DNA from: Lampris incognitus
Taxonomy: Eukaryota
NCBI RefSeq assembly: GCF_029633865.1
Contig: NC_079220.1
Location: 16,722,216 to 16,786,215 of the forward strand
DNA: 64,000 nucleotides
Direction: 5' to 3'
Part shown: piece by piece, positions 13,701-23,147 of the stretch
Layout: each line of letters starts with the position of its first letter
Numbering within the stretch: position 1 is the first letter of the stretch
Translations under genes and position numbers: made by a program
Notes under the pieces: model-generated
The model's input: the letters and a program-made list of their open reading frames with translations, nothing else
Told to the model about the DNA's origin: nothing
Database searches by the model: none

Positions 13701-13843
13701 TATGTAAATCTTATTTATGATCCGCATATTTGATTTGGCAAAGATTTTACGCCGGATGCCCTTCCTGACGCAACCCTCCCCATTTGTCCGGGCTTGGGAC
13801 CGGCAATAAGGATGCACTGGCTTGTGCATCCTCAGTGGCTGGG
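10712..13843 (-). mobile_element. full-length non-LTR retrotransposon (Rex-Babar/RTE-like by its 3' end ...ggtcgccacagcggatcatc), flanked by a 20-bp TSD
   Basis: Perfect direct repeat ttctttttatatattttata at 10692..10711 and 13844..13863. The element carries one long ORF; the family name is from memory. Confidence 0.7.
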
Positions 13844-13970
13844 TTCTTTTTATATATTTTATAAATCCATATAATTTTTTGTTATCGTGTTTTTTTTTTT
13901 TACATGGTGATGGTGGTCGCGTGGCTTGGGTCCTGGGCTGTTCCGGTGGCGTCTGGACACTGCTTGGCAT
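10734..13970 (-). CDS. LINE ORF: APE-type endonuclease + reverse transcriptase, 1078 aa with no internal stops
   Basis: EN motifs VGTLNVGTMTG...CVQETRW. RT motifs FADDIVICSES and ...KTEYLCVNE. C-terminal RRFMDVVREDMQVAGVTEEDAEDRKKWKRMIRCGDP. The first ~80 codons of the tracked ORF read through the TSD and flank; the real start is probably the Met of MRIINK near 13729. Confidence 0.75.
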   Translation of the reverse strand: MPSSVQTPPEQPRTQATRPPSPCKKKKHDNKKLYGFIKYIKRTQPLRMHKPVHPYCRSQARTNGEGCVRKGIRRKIFAKSNMRIINKIYIPDRSRPGLPTTATGTVNQQGVGGNYAAVGRRRGRGGKHVQRQLERRKGRRVEVRVGTLNVGTMTGKGRELADMMERRKVGILCVQETRWKGSKARSIGSGFKLFYHGVNGRRNGVGVILKEEYVKSVLEVKRVSDRVMSMKLEIRGVLLNVISAYAPQVGCEMDEKEEFWSELDDVVERVPKEERVVIGADFNGHVGEGNRGDEEVMGRYGVKKRNVEGQMVVDFAKRMEMAVVNTYFKKREEHRVTYKSGGKCTQVDYILCRRHDLKGIGDCKVVTGENVARQHRMVVCRMTLETKKRKRGKTQPKIKWWKLKKEDCCVEFRQELRQALGGSEELPDGWTATAEIVRVTARKALGVSSGQRKEDKETWWWNEEVQQIIQRKRLAKKKWDSKRDEESRQEYKEMQRKAKREVAKAKEKAYGELYDRLDTKEGEKDLYQLARQRDRAGKDVRQVRAIKDRDGNVLTSEESVLRRWKEYFEGLMNEENERERRLDDVGIVNQEVQWISKEEVRAAMKRMKSGKAVGPDDILVEAWRCLGEMAVEFLTRLFNTILESERMPEEWRRSILVLIFKNKGDVQNCNNYRGIKLISHSMKIWERVIEARLRGEVMISEQQYGFMPRKSTTDAMFALRMLNEKYREGQKELHCVFVDLEKAYDRVPREEVWYCMRKSGVAEKYVGGVQDMYEGSVTMVRCAVGMTDGFKVEVGLHQGSALSPFLFAMVMDRLTDKIRQESPWTMMFADDIVICSESRGQVEESLERWRYALERRGMKVSRSKTEYLCVNEREDSGMVRMQGVEVTKAFEFKYLGSTVQSNGECSREVKKRVQAGWSGWRSVSGVICDRRVPARFKGKVYKMVVRPAMLYGLETVALTKRQEVELEVAELKMLRFSLGVTKKDRISNDYIRGTAQVGRFGDKAREARLRWLGHVRRRDPGYIGRRMLNMELPGKRRRGRPKRRFMDVVREDMQVAGVTEEDAEDRKKWKRMIRCGDP

Positions 13971-14435
13971 CTACACATCATATTCTTCATAAATTTTATA
14001 ATTCCATTATAATTCTGTTATTCACTTGCAATGTTGTATTCTGGTATTCTGTAAATTGTGTAAACACCACATCCATTGCACGTTGTCCGTCTTGGGAGAG
14101 AGATCCCTCCTCTGCTGCTCGCCCTGAGGTTTCTTCCTATTTTTTCTCCCTGTTAAAGGATTTTTTTAGGGAGTGGTTCCTTATCCGATGCAGGGGTCTA
14201 AGGACAGGATGTTGTGTTGCTGTAAAGCCCCTTGAGGCAAATTTGTAATTTGTGATATTAATAATAGTACATTTTATTTTACAAGACATTTTGTTGTTAC
14301 TGTTTGAGATGAATTGTTATTTATTGGCAATTTATGCATTCAGACACAACTGTCCTACTATAGTTTACAGAATCAACCAATTGAGTTACTACAAAAGAAA
14401 TTCTCTTTGTATTTTTAGCTGCAGTATGAACGGGA
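13864..14435. mobile_element. unclassified repeat fragment with a LINE/SINE-type 3' tail (...gtaaagccccttgaggcaaatttgtaatttgtgatattaataa)
   Basis: The tail motif resembles common teleost retroposon 3' ends. 13905..14005 is a diverged copy of 10625..10690. Confidence 0.3.
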
Positions 14436-14439
14436 GCAG

Positions 14440-14693
14440 CGGCATGGTGGCGCAGTGGTTGGTGCAGTCACCTCACAGCAAGAAGGTCCTGGGTTCGAGC
14501 CCCGGGGTTGTCCAACCTTGGGGGTCATCCCGGGTCGTCCTCTGTGTGGAATTTGCATGTTCTCCCTGTGTCTGTGTGGCTTTCCTCCGGGGGCTCCAGT
14601 TTCCTCCCACGGTCCCAAGACATGTAGGTCAGGTGACTTGGCAGTACTAAATTGTCCCTAGGAATGAATGGCTGTGTGTATGTGTGTGTATGT

Positions 14694-14751
<58 letters not shown>

Positions 14752-14882
14752 TGTGATGGCCTGGCGGCCTGTCCAGGGTGTCTCCCCGCCTGCGGCCCAA
14801 TGACTGCTGGAATAGGCTCCAGCATCCCCATGACCCTGAGAGCAGGATAAGTGGTTCAGATAATGGATGGATGGATGGATGG
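14440..14882 (+). mobile_element. tRNA-derived SINE, family A (head ggtggcgcagtggtt...ggttcgagcccc; internal (GT)n; tail ...cctgtgatgg.ctggcg.cctgtccagggtgt...ggataagtgg...(gatg)n)
   Basis: A/B-box-like head and a conserved 3' domain. Seven copies or partial copies of this family occur in the window. Confidence 0.8.
14674..14749. repeat. (GT)n inside SINE-A
   Basis: Direct reading. Confidence 0.95.
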
Positions 14883-14894
14883 ACTTGACTTGAC

Positions 14895-15279
14895 TGTGCT
14901 CGCAATTTGGGTCTTTTTTGACTCCAAGCTCTGTTTTGACACACAAATCACTAGGGTAGTGCAGTATTGCTTTCTCCAAATTAGCAACATCGCAAAAGTT
15001 AAGAATTTTCTATCTCAAACGGACCTTGAAAAAGTCATCCATGCACTAATCTCATCACGTCTCGATTATTGTAACTCCCTGTATTCAGGGCTCAGCCAAA
15101 AGTCCATCTCCCACCTCCAGCTCATCCAAAACTCAGCTGCCAAACTGTTAATAAATTCCAAGAGACATGAACACATCACTCCCATTCTTGCAATGCTTCA
15201 TTGGCTACCCGTTAGGTATAGGATTGATGTTAAACTTTTACTAATTACTTTTAAAGCCCTACATGGCCTCGCTCCTACA
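14895..15279 (+). mobile_element. L2-clade LINE ORF2 C-terminus (continuation of 9540..10691)
   Basis: Translation ...QTDLEKVIHALISSRLDYCNSLYSGL...HLQLIQNSAAKLL...HITPILAMLHWLPVRYRIDVKLLLITFKALHGLAPTY, the canonical fish L2 ORF2 end. Confidence 0.75.
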
Positions 15280-16503
15280 TACACTCACCGGCCACTTTAT
15301 TAGGCACACCTGTCCAACTGCTCGTTAACGCAAATTTCTAATCAGCCAATCACATGGCAGCAACTCAATGCATTTAGGCATGTAGACATGGTCAAGACGA
15401 TCTGCTGCAGTTCAAACCGAGCATCAGAATGGGGAAGAAAGGTGATTTAAGTGACTTTGAACGTGGCATGGTTGTTGGTGCCAGACGGGCTGGTCTGAGT
15501 ATTTCAGAAACTGATGATCAACTGGGATTTTCACGCACAACCATCTCTAGGGTTTACAGAGAAGGGTCCGAAAAAGAGAAAATATCCAGTGAGCGGCAGT
15601 TCTGTGGGCGAAAATGCCTTGTTGATGCCAGAGGTCAGAGGGGAATGGCCAGACTGGTTCGAGCTGATAGAAAGGCAACAGTAACTCAAATAACCACTCA
15701 TTACAACCGAGGTATGCAGAAGAGCATCTCTGAACACACAACACGTCGAACCTTGAGGCAGCTGGGCTACAGCAGCAGAAGACCACACCGGGTGCCACTC
15801 CTGTCAGCTAAGAACAGGAAACTGAGGCTACAATTCGCACAGGCTCACCAAAATTGGACAATAGAAGATTGGAAAAACGTTGCTTGGTCTGATGAGTCTC
15901 GATTTCTGCTGCGACATTCGGATGGTAGGGTCAGAATTTGGCGTCAACAACATGAAAGCATGGATCCATCCTGCCTTGTATCAACGGTTCAGGCTGGAGG
16001 TGGTGGTGTAATGGTGTGGGGGATATTTTCTTGGCACACTTTGGGCCCCTTAGTACCAATTGAGCATTGTGTCAACGCCACAGCCTACCTGAGTATTGTT
16101 GCTGACCATGTCCATCCCTTTATGACCACAGTGTTCTCATCTTCTGATGGCTACTTCCAGCAGGATAACGCGCCATGTCATAAAGCTCGAATCCTCTCAG
16201 ACTGGTTTCTTGGACATGACAATGAGTTCACTGTACTCAAATGGCCTCCACAGTCACCAGATCTCAATCCAATAGAACACCTTTGGGATATGGTGGACCA
16301 GGAGATTCGCATCATGGATGTGCAGCCGGCAAATCTGCAGCAACTGCATGATGCTATCATGTCAATATGGACCAAACTCTCTGAGGAATGTTTCCAGTAC
16401 CTTGTTGAATCTATGCCATGAAGGATTAAGGCAGTTCTGAAGGCAAAAGGGGGTCCAACCCGGTACTAGCAAGGTGTACCTAATAAAGTGGCCAGTGAGT
16501 GTA
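15280..16503 (+). mobile_element. Tc1-like DNA transposon A, structurally complete (about 1.22 kb, ~30-bp TIRs, TA flanks)
   Basis: TIR tacactcaccggccactttattaggcacacct at 15280..15311; inverted copy aggtgtacctaataaagtggccagtgagtgta at 16473..16503. Inserted inside the L2 tail. Confidence 0.85.
15429..16421 (+). CDS. Tc1 transposase, 330 aa, uninterrupted (DD34E)
   Basis: N-terminal paired-like HTH (GKKGDLSDFERGMVVGARRAG). Catalytic D (WSDESRF), D (FQQDNAPCH) and E ([10 protein letters not shown]). Confidence 0.85.
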   Translation: MGKKGDLSDFERGMVVGARRAGLSISETDDQLGFSRTTISRVYREGSEKEKISSERQFCGRKCLVDARGQRGMARLVRADRKATVTQITTHYNRGMQKSISEHTTRRTLRQLGYSSRRPHRVPLLSAKNRKLRLQFAQAHQNWTIEDWKNVAWSDESRFLLRHSDGRVRIWRQQHESMDPSCLVSTVQAGGGGVMVWGIFSWHTLGPLVPIEHCVNATAYLSIVADHVHPFMTTVFSSSDGYFQQDNAPCHKARILSDWFLGHDNEFTVLKWPPQSPDLNPIEHLWDMVDQEIRIMDVQPANLQQLHDAIMSIWTKLSEECFQYLVESMP

Positions 16504-17105
16504 TATCACTGATCTACTCACACCCCATGGGCCTGGTTGCTGCCTGCACTCCTCTGGCAGGTAATTTTTAACTGTTCCCTCAGCCAACCTCATTACTAAA
16601 GGCGACCGGGCGTTTTCTATAAGAGCCCCACAGCTGTGGACCTCCCTACCTGAGGAAATTAGGCTAGCAAACTCACTACCGTCTTTTAAATCATGTTTTA
16701 AAACTTACTTTTACAGGAAGGCTTTTTTATAGCAAATCCATTGTTGCCCAATTTTTATTTAGTTATTTTTTATATTGTTTATATCTTATTCTTTTATAAT
16801 TTTAAATTTTAAATTCTTTGTATTTTTATATTTTTCTTTCATCGTCTTATTTTAACTCTTTTCATCATAACCCTTGTTTTATCTGCTCTAATTCTCTTCA
16901 TTTTTATTACGCTCGTGTGACTTTATCCTGATTGTGTTTTACCATGTTCTGTGGAGTGGATCTGGCATTATGTTCTATATTTTTCATTGTATTTTGTTGT
17001 TTAATCTTGACTATGTACGGACATTATTTTGTTCGTACATTTGTTGTGTAAGGCACCTTGTAACATTGTTTAGAAAAGTGAGATATAAATAAAGTTCATT
17101 ATTAT
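16504..17105 (+). mobile_element. L2-clade LINE 3' UTR (downstream part of the element split by Tc1-A)
   Basis: ...agagccccacagctgtggacctccctacctgaggaaattaggctagcaaactcactaccgtcttttaaatcatgttttaaaacttac..., ending in (TTA)n. Confidence 0.65.
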
Positions 17106-17304
17106 TATTATTATCATCCTTCTGGTGGACAAAGGCAGATGCACTGTTGTATTAAACCAGACAGACTATCACGAGAAAGTTATGACATTACTTAGCGACA
17201 TGAATACTTATGAGCCCCTGAAATGAGATCCAGGTAGTGGTTACAAGAAAAAGGTGATGGGTTGTCTGAAGCTGTGAGAACAGGACAATGCTATAGACAG
17301 AATT

Positions 17305-18135
17305 TTGTACCACAGATTATACCCAGGGGAAGCTACACCTAGTCTGTATGGTTTACCTAAGATACATAAACAGAATGTGCCACTCTGGGCTATTGTTTGT
17401 ATGATTAACTCAGTGACCTGTAACATCTCTAAGGTTCTTGCATCTATTCTTAACCCGTTGGTGGGCAGTAATGAACATCACATTCAGATCACTATGGATT
17501 TTGTGGATGTGAGGGGCATCATTATGGAGGGGGATGAAACAGAGGTCTCTTATGATGTTACGTCTCTCTTTACATGCGTTCCTGTTGATGAAGCAGTGGA
17601 GGTAGTCCGTATGAAATTACAAAATTACCCCACCCTTAGCAATAGGACCACCCTTAACACTGACCAAGTGTGTTTGCACCTGAAACTGTGTTTTCAGTCC
17701 ACGTACGTCACATACAGGCGGCAGTACTATAGGCAGAGGCATGGGTGTGCTGTGGGTTCCCTAGTCTCACCTGTAGTGGCCACCTTGTATATGGAGGAAG
17801 TAGAAAAGAGGGCTCTGATGTCCTATCCAGGGACACCACCTAGCTATTGGTTCAGATTTGTGGACAACACCTGGGTTAAAATTAAATCTCGGGATGTACC
17901 ACATTTCACTGACCACATTAACTCTGTGGACAACCACATCAAGTTCACCGGGGAGGATGTGAAAAATGACAGGTTAGCCTTCTTAGACTGTGAAATTGCA
18001 GTTGGTGATGGGGGACATTTGATTGGTGATGTTTACCATAAACCAACACATACTGATCAGTACTTAAGGTTTGACTCTCATCATCCACTGGAGCACATAA
18101 CTAGGAGTCATCAGGACGCTGTACCACCAAGCTGA
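17305..18135 (+). pseudogene. PLE reverse transcriptase ORF (276-aa open stretch)
   Basis: See the motifs above. The catalytic YVDD is replaced by FVDN. Confidence 0.6.
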
Positions 18136-18301
18136 CAATGTCCCCACCGACACAGCGGCCAGGGAAGGGGAGAAATCCCATACTAAACTGGTCTTGGTTA
18201 AGTGTGTTTATCCTAACTGGGCGTTTGTCAAAGCCAGGAAGACACCCAAACAGTGCACCAGCTAATTGAAGAGATGTGAAGGACAACAACTGTCTAAGCC
18301 A

Positions 18302-18543
18302 GAGTTTCCCAACCCAGTCCTCAAGGACCCCCTATCCTGCAGATTTTCATTGTAACCCTGCACAGGTAGCCCTGCTTGTACTTACTCAACCAATCATCTC
18401 ACAGCACTTAATTATGCAAGGAGTGCAACATCTGACATAATTCATTGCTGATTGGTTGAATAACTACAAACAGGTACCTATTTAGGTTTGCAAAGAAAAC
18501 CTGCAGGATAGGGGTTCCTTGAGGACTGGGTTGGGAAACACTG
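18302..18543. mobile_element. palindromic MITE (~45-bp TIRs) inserted between the PLE RT and EN domains
   Basis: agtttcccaacccagtcctcaaggaccccctatcctgcag... at 18302..18345; its reverse complement ...ctgcaggataggggttccttgaggactgggttgggaaacact at 18495..18543. Inner arms are also self-complementary (caaccaatca / tgattggttg). Confidence 0.7.
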
Positions 18544-18787
18544 GACTCTAAACATAAAGTAGTGTGATTCCATATGTGGAGGGAGTGTCGGAAAAGCTGA
18601 GACGTGTATTTTCCAAACACTGTCTCAGTTGCTTTCAAACCCCAAAACACGCTGTGCCAGAAGTTGATCCACCCAAAGGATCGGGTCCCCCAGCACAAAC
18701 AGAGCAATATAGTGCACGCTATTCAAGTGACAGGAGGATTGCCATGACTTGAACATTGGGGAAACTAAATAGACGCTAACCAAGAGG

Positions 18788-18982
18788 ATGGCCCAACACA
18801 GGAGAGCTAACATGTCAGGCCAGGACTCCACAGTCTACGCCCATCTACAGGCCAGTGGCCACTCTTTCAAGGATGAGGATGTGTACATCCTTAATAGGGA
18901 GGAACGCTGGTTTGAACAGGGATTCAAAGAGGCCATCTATGTTAAGAGGGAATATCCATCCCTGAACCAGGGGGGGGGCTAA
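18788..18982 (+). pseudogene. GIY-YIG endonuclease remnant of the PLE
   Basis: R..EH...VYAH......H.F......IL.REER...E..KEAIYV pattern. Confidence 0.5.
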
Positions 18983-19691
18983 GAGTACATCTGTCGCCAT
19001 CTTACAATGTTGTGATTGCAAACATTCCCCAATCCTCTGAACAGTACACATGGCCATTGTGGTCACGCCCATATTTGCATATGAAATTAGTAATTGGTTT
19101 TTGGTCGCCACTGTATTGTTTATAAGGGTGGGGATACTTGCAGTCAGTCTAGACTGAAGATGTCATTTAGTTGAGTGATGAAACATATATCTGTCAATAA
19201 AGGTTGTATCCAGATGAACTGATTCAACCTTCCTTGAAACCCACAACACAGTTTCTCTTTTTCAGACCAACGAGACCAAAAAATGCATATTGACATTGAA
19301 CAATTTGCCCCTTACTTCCTCGGTGCAGTGATTAGCTATAGAAAGATGCTCAAGAGTCTCATCTTCATTGCATTTAATCACAGGACATGATTTTGTCTCA
19401 ACCTAGCAGCTCTGCTGCTCCCCAGTCCTGCTGTTTTCCACTCAGCCACCCATGTCTCGCATTAACAGCACTTCCCTTGTGACCTAATGATCTCCTTACT
19501 GATGGTTGTGTATCAAAACCATTGAAATGAACACAAAGCAGTAGGAACAACATAAACAACATCAGCACAGGAGGAATCAGGAAACCACAAGAAGAGTCTT
19601 AAAAACACAGTCTAGCATTACAGAGATAGTAATGTTGTTGATCCCAGGGCCTAAACTTAAATGTAATGCCTTTGCTCTTTCTGTCTCCCAG

Positions 19692-20104
19692 TGAAGCCAG
19701 TCCCCAAGCCGAGCCGACCAGCCCACATTTGCGCCACATGTAACAAGCAGTTCAAAAACAGCTACAACCTGAGGCGCCACCAGTCTGTCCACACGGGTAT
19801 CAAGATGAAGGACCGCGTTGCACGTGAGAAAGAGGACGGGGCAAAAGGTGGGGGAGGAGGAGGACGAGTGGAGAGACAGACGGTGCCTCTCTCCCTGCTC
19901 CATCTCACGCTGCCACCCCCTCCTCCTCCTCCTCCTCCTGTCTCTACCAACCCCGCTGCCCCAGGGGCCCTCTCCCAGGCTGGCCAGCACGCCAATCAGG
20001 GAGGGCAACCAGTCACTGTATCCATTGCCCCAGCAACTGTAACCATGGCCGCACAGCCCCAACCCATCCAAGCTGCTGTTGTGGTGGTTGGTTCCATGGA
20101 ACAG
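19692..20104 (+). CDS. maz: MAZ coding exon 3 (zinc finger 1 and low-complexity linker)
   Basis: Acceptor ctcccag|. HICATCNKQFKNSYNLRRHQSVHTG matches human MAZ YICALCAKEFKNGYNLRRHEAIHTG. Proline-rich region. Donor cag|gtgagt. Phase 1 in, phase 0 out. Confidence 0.85.
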
Positions 20105-20449
20105 GTGAGTTTGGATTTGGATTTGTGTGTGTGTGTGTGTGTGTTTTAGACATGGTGTTGGATACTGCATACAGTTAGTTCAGTACGTGACGTAGCCCCT
20201 GCCTGAAGGGGAACATTGAAAATAAACCAAAAATGCTGATTTAGATAAGACTAGCTGCAGATGTCTACTTCTCTGTACCCTTTTGAGTTAGGGCAAATTG
20301 GTACTGGTAAATTGGTATTTCAAACAAAAATGAGCATATATGATATTTTGACTATGTCGCCATCATATACAAGTAAAAAAAAGCAATAAAAACACCCTGA
20401 TTCATTCATTTGTAAACCTACACAATTGTGGAGAAAATAGACATTCTGT

Positions 20450-21230
20450 AAAAGGCATTTAGTTTCTGAAATTGGTTCATCGGTTAAGGAACAGTGGTGT
20501 CTCTGAACACTCTCTGTCCTGGCATATAAACTACCTTTCCAACAGGGTACATTGTGTAAAAACAGAGAATTTTGTGTCTCAACCACCACATGCACTGGGG
20601 GTGTTCTCCAAGGCTCGATCTTGGCCCCCAATCTCTTTGCAAATGACATCCACAGTTACATCAAACCTCCTCACCATCTACCTTGGGAACCAGACTTATT
20701 CACAAATGGGAATTATCTTTCAGAGCACATATAAAACATGAGCTCTCACATTCATCTGGTTCCCAGGCTACATGCTATCGGGAATAAAACTGTTCCATTC
20801 ACCTATATGCATACAACACAATCATGTGTTGGCCACACTCCGTGAAAACTTTAAGTTCTGTCCATGAAAGCTTTCAGAGTATTCAACATGTACTCCTCCA
20901 TAAACTGGCCTTCTCTGCACACCAGACTAATTAGTTAACACTCATTTACAAAACTCTCCCTGCAAAACCTCTTACTATACTCACCCGCCACATACAATAC
21001 TCATCTTCCTATCATATAGGCTTTCAAATCCCCAATACATTCCAAGTAAATACCTCAGTAGTTTGCTTTGCATTCAGATTTGTTGCACCCTATGACTGGA
21101 AGGAATTACATAAATCTCTAAAACTGGACAATTTTATCTTTCAAGCTTTAAAGGACTGCATCATGGCCATTATCTCAAACAACTGCAACTGCTTTTCTGC
21201 TTCACAATCCTAGTTATACGTTGATGTTTT
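20450..21230 (+). mobile_element. LINE RT fragment (L2/CR1-like)
   Basis: Translation ...YLSNRVHCVKTENFVSQP...CTGGVLQGSILAPNLFANDI, matching the RT motif GVPQGSVLGPLLF. The 3' extent is uncertain. Confidence 0.45.
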
Positions 21231-21309
21231 TCTCATGCATGCCCCTAACTCCTGTCTTAATTGTGCTTATGTTCTTATGATTTCAATGTCACACGTTTCC
21301 CTCTTTCTT

Positions 21310-21310
<1 letters not shown>

Positions 21311-21406
<96 letters not shown>
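21311..21406. repeat. (CT)n microsatellite, about 48 units
   Basis: Direct reading. Confidence 0.95.
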
Positions 21407-21407
<1 letters not shown>

Positions 21408-21590
21408 TCCCCCTCAGAAGGCTAATTACCTCTTGTCGGGCTGTCCTTGTAAATAATGATTTTGTCCTTAAGTGACTTGCCTGGCTAAATAAAGGTTAAA
21501 TGAATAAATAGTACCTCATCTCTCACAATTACTCAGAAGCGCAGATTACAGATTGGGTTTTGCAGCTCCTCTTAAAGTTACATTCTGACA

Positions 21591-23147
21591 CCGATCAGCC
21601 AAAACATTAAAACCACCTGGTTTATATTGTGTAGGTCCCCCTCGTGCCACCAAAACAGCTCTGAACCATTGAGGCATGGACTCCACAAGACCTTTGAAGG
21701 TGTCCTGTGGTATCTGGCACCGAGACATTAGCAGCAGATCCTTTAAGTCCTGTAAATTGCAAGGCGGGGCCTCCATGGATTGGACTTGTTTTTCTAGCAT
21801 ATCCCACAGATGCTCAATCACATTGAGATCTGAGGAATTTGGAGGCCAAGACAACACCTTGAACTCTTTTTCATGTTCCTCAAACCATTCCTGAACAGTT
21901 CTTGCAGTGTGGCAGGGTGCATTATCCTGCTGAAAGAGGCCACTGCCGTCAGGGAATACCGTTACCATGAAGGGGTGGACCTGGTCTGCAATGATGTTTA
22001 GGTAGGTGGCACATGTCAAAGTAACATCCACATGAATGCCAGGATTGAAGGTTTCCCAGCAGCACATTACCCAGAGCATCATACTGCCTCCGCTGGCTGT
22101 CTTCTTCCCATAGTGCATCCTGGTGCCATCTCTTACCAAGTTAAACAATGCACACGCAGCTGGCCGTCCACATGATGTAAAAGAAAACATGATTCATCAG
22201 ACCAGGCCACCACCTTCTTCTATTGCTCCATGGCCCAGTTCTGATGCTCAAGTGACCATTGTAGGTGCTTTTGATGGTGGACAGGGGTCGGTCAGCATGG
22301 GCACTCTGACTGGTCTGTGGCTACACAGCAAGCTGCGATGCATTTTGTGTTCTGACACCTGTCTATCATAGCCAGCATTAACTTTTTCAGCAATTTGAGC
22401 TACAGTAGCTCTTCTGTGGGATCGGACCAGATGGGCTAGCCTTCGAGCCTTGGGTGCCCACGACTCTGCCGCCAGTTCACCGGTTGTCCTCTCTTGGACC
22501 ACTTTTGGTAGGTACTGAGTACTGCATACCGGGAACACCCCACAAGACCTGCCGTTTTGGAGATGCTCTGATCCAGTCGTCTAGCCATCACAATTATTTG
22601 GCCCTTGTCAAAGTCACTCAGATCCTTACGCTTGCCCATTTTTCCTGCTTCCAACACATCAGCTTCAAGAACTTCCTGTTCACTTGCTGCATAACATATC
22701 CCACCCCTTGACAGGTGCCATTGTAACAAGATCCATCCATCCAATATCCAAACCACTTGTCCTGCTCAGGGTCGCAGGGATACTGGAGCTATCCCAGCAA
22801 TCATTGGGCGGCAAGCAGGGAGACACCCTGGACAGGCCACCAGGCCATCACAGCGCCAACACATTCATACCTAGGGACAATTTAGTTTGGCCGATTCACC
22901 TGACCTACATGTCTTTGGACTGTGGGAGGAAACCAGAGCACCCGGAGGAAACCCACACAGACACGGGGAGAACATGTAAACTCCACACAGAGGACGACCC
23001 GGGACGACCCCTAAGATTGGATTACCCTGGGGTTCAAACCCAGGACCTTCTTGCTGTGAGGAGACTGCGCTAACCACTGCACATTGTAACAAGATAATCA
23101 ATGTTATTCACTTACCTTTCAGTGGTTTTAATGTTTCAGCTGATTGG
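21591..23147 (-). mobile_element. Tc1-like DNA transposon B, degenerate (frameshifted transposase) with a nested SINE
   Basis: TIR ccgatcagccaaaacattaaaaccacctgg at 21591; inverted copy cagtggttttaatgtttcagctgattgg at 23120..23147. Transposase fragments [14 protein letters not shown]..., ...VHPFMVTVFPDGSGLFQQDNAPCHTA..., ...LVARGGPTQY. Confidence 0.75.
22735..23081 (-). mobile_element. SINE-A copy nested in Tc1-B, with a 14-bp TSD
   Basis: TSD cattgtaacaagat at 22721..22734 and 23082..23095. The head is the reverse complement of gtgcagtggttagcgcagtctcctcacagcaagaaggtcctgggtttgaacc. Confidence 0.8.

Larger units (their letters stand above)
17116..18990 (+). mobile_element. Penelope-like element (PLE), degenerate: RT followed by a GIY-YIG endonuclease remnant
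   Basis: YGLPKIHK, DVTSLFTCVPV, QRHGCAVGSLVSPVVATLYMEEVE, FVDN (degenerate YVDD) and HIKFT motifs, then ...STVYAHLQASGHSFKDEDVYILNREERWFEQGFKEAIYV (GIY-YIG C-terminal half). Several frameshifts. Confidence 0.65.

Noticed and set aside
13730-13970. N-terminal ~80 codons of the 1078-aa LINE ORF
   Set aside because: This part reads through the TSD copy and flanking DNA (KKKHDNKKLYGFIKYIKR is the reverse translation of the T/A-rich TSD). The true initiation is more likely at the Met of MRIINK inside the element.
14440-14530. tRNA-like sequences (SINE heads at 14440, 26285, 27290, 52802, 54421, 62564) considered as tRNA genes
   Set aside because: They are followed by family-specific SINE bodies and lack a complete cloverleaf, CCA-compatible 3' end or pol III terminator at the tRNA position. 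They are SINE promoter modules, not tRNA genes.
19691-20149. ORF-track ORF starting with M at 19691
   Set aside because: No ATG is present there (GTG). The stretch is an internal MAZ exon entered in phase 1 from exon 2, not an independent gene start.
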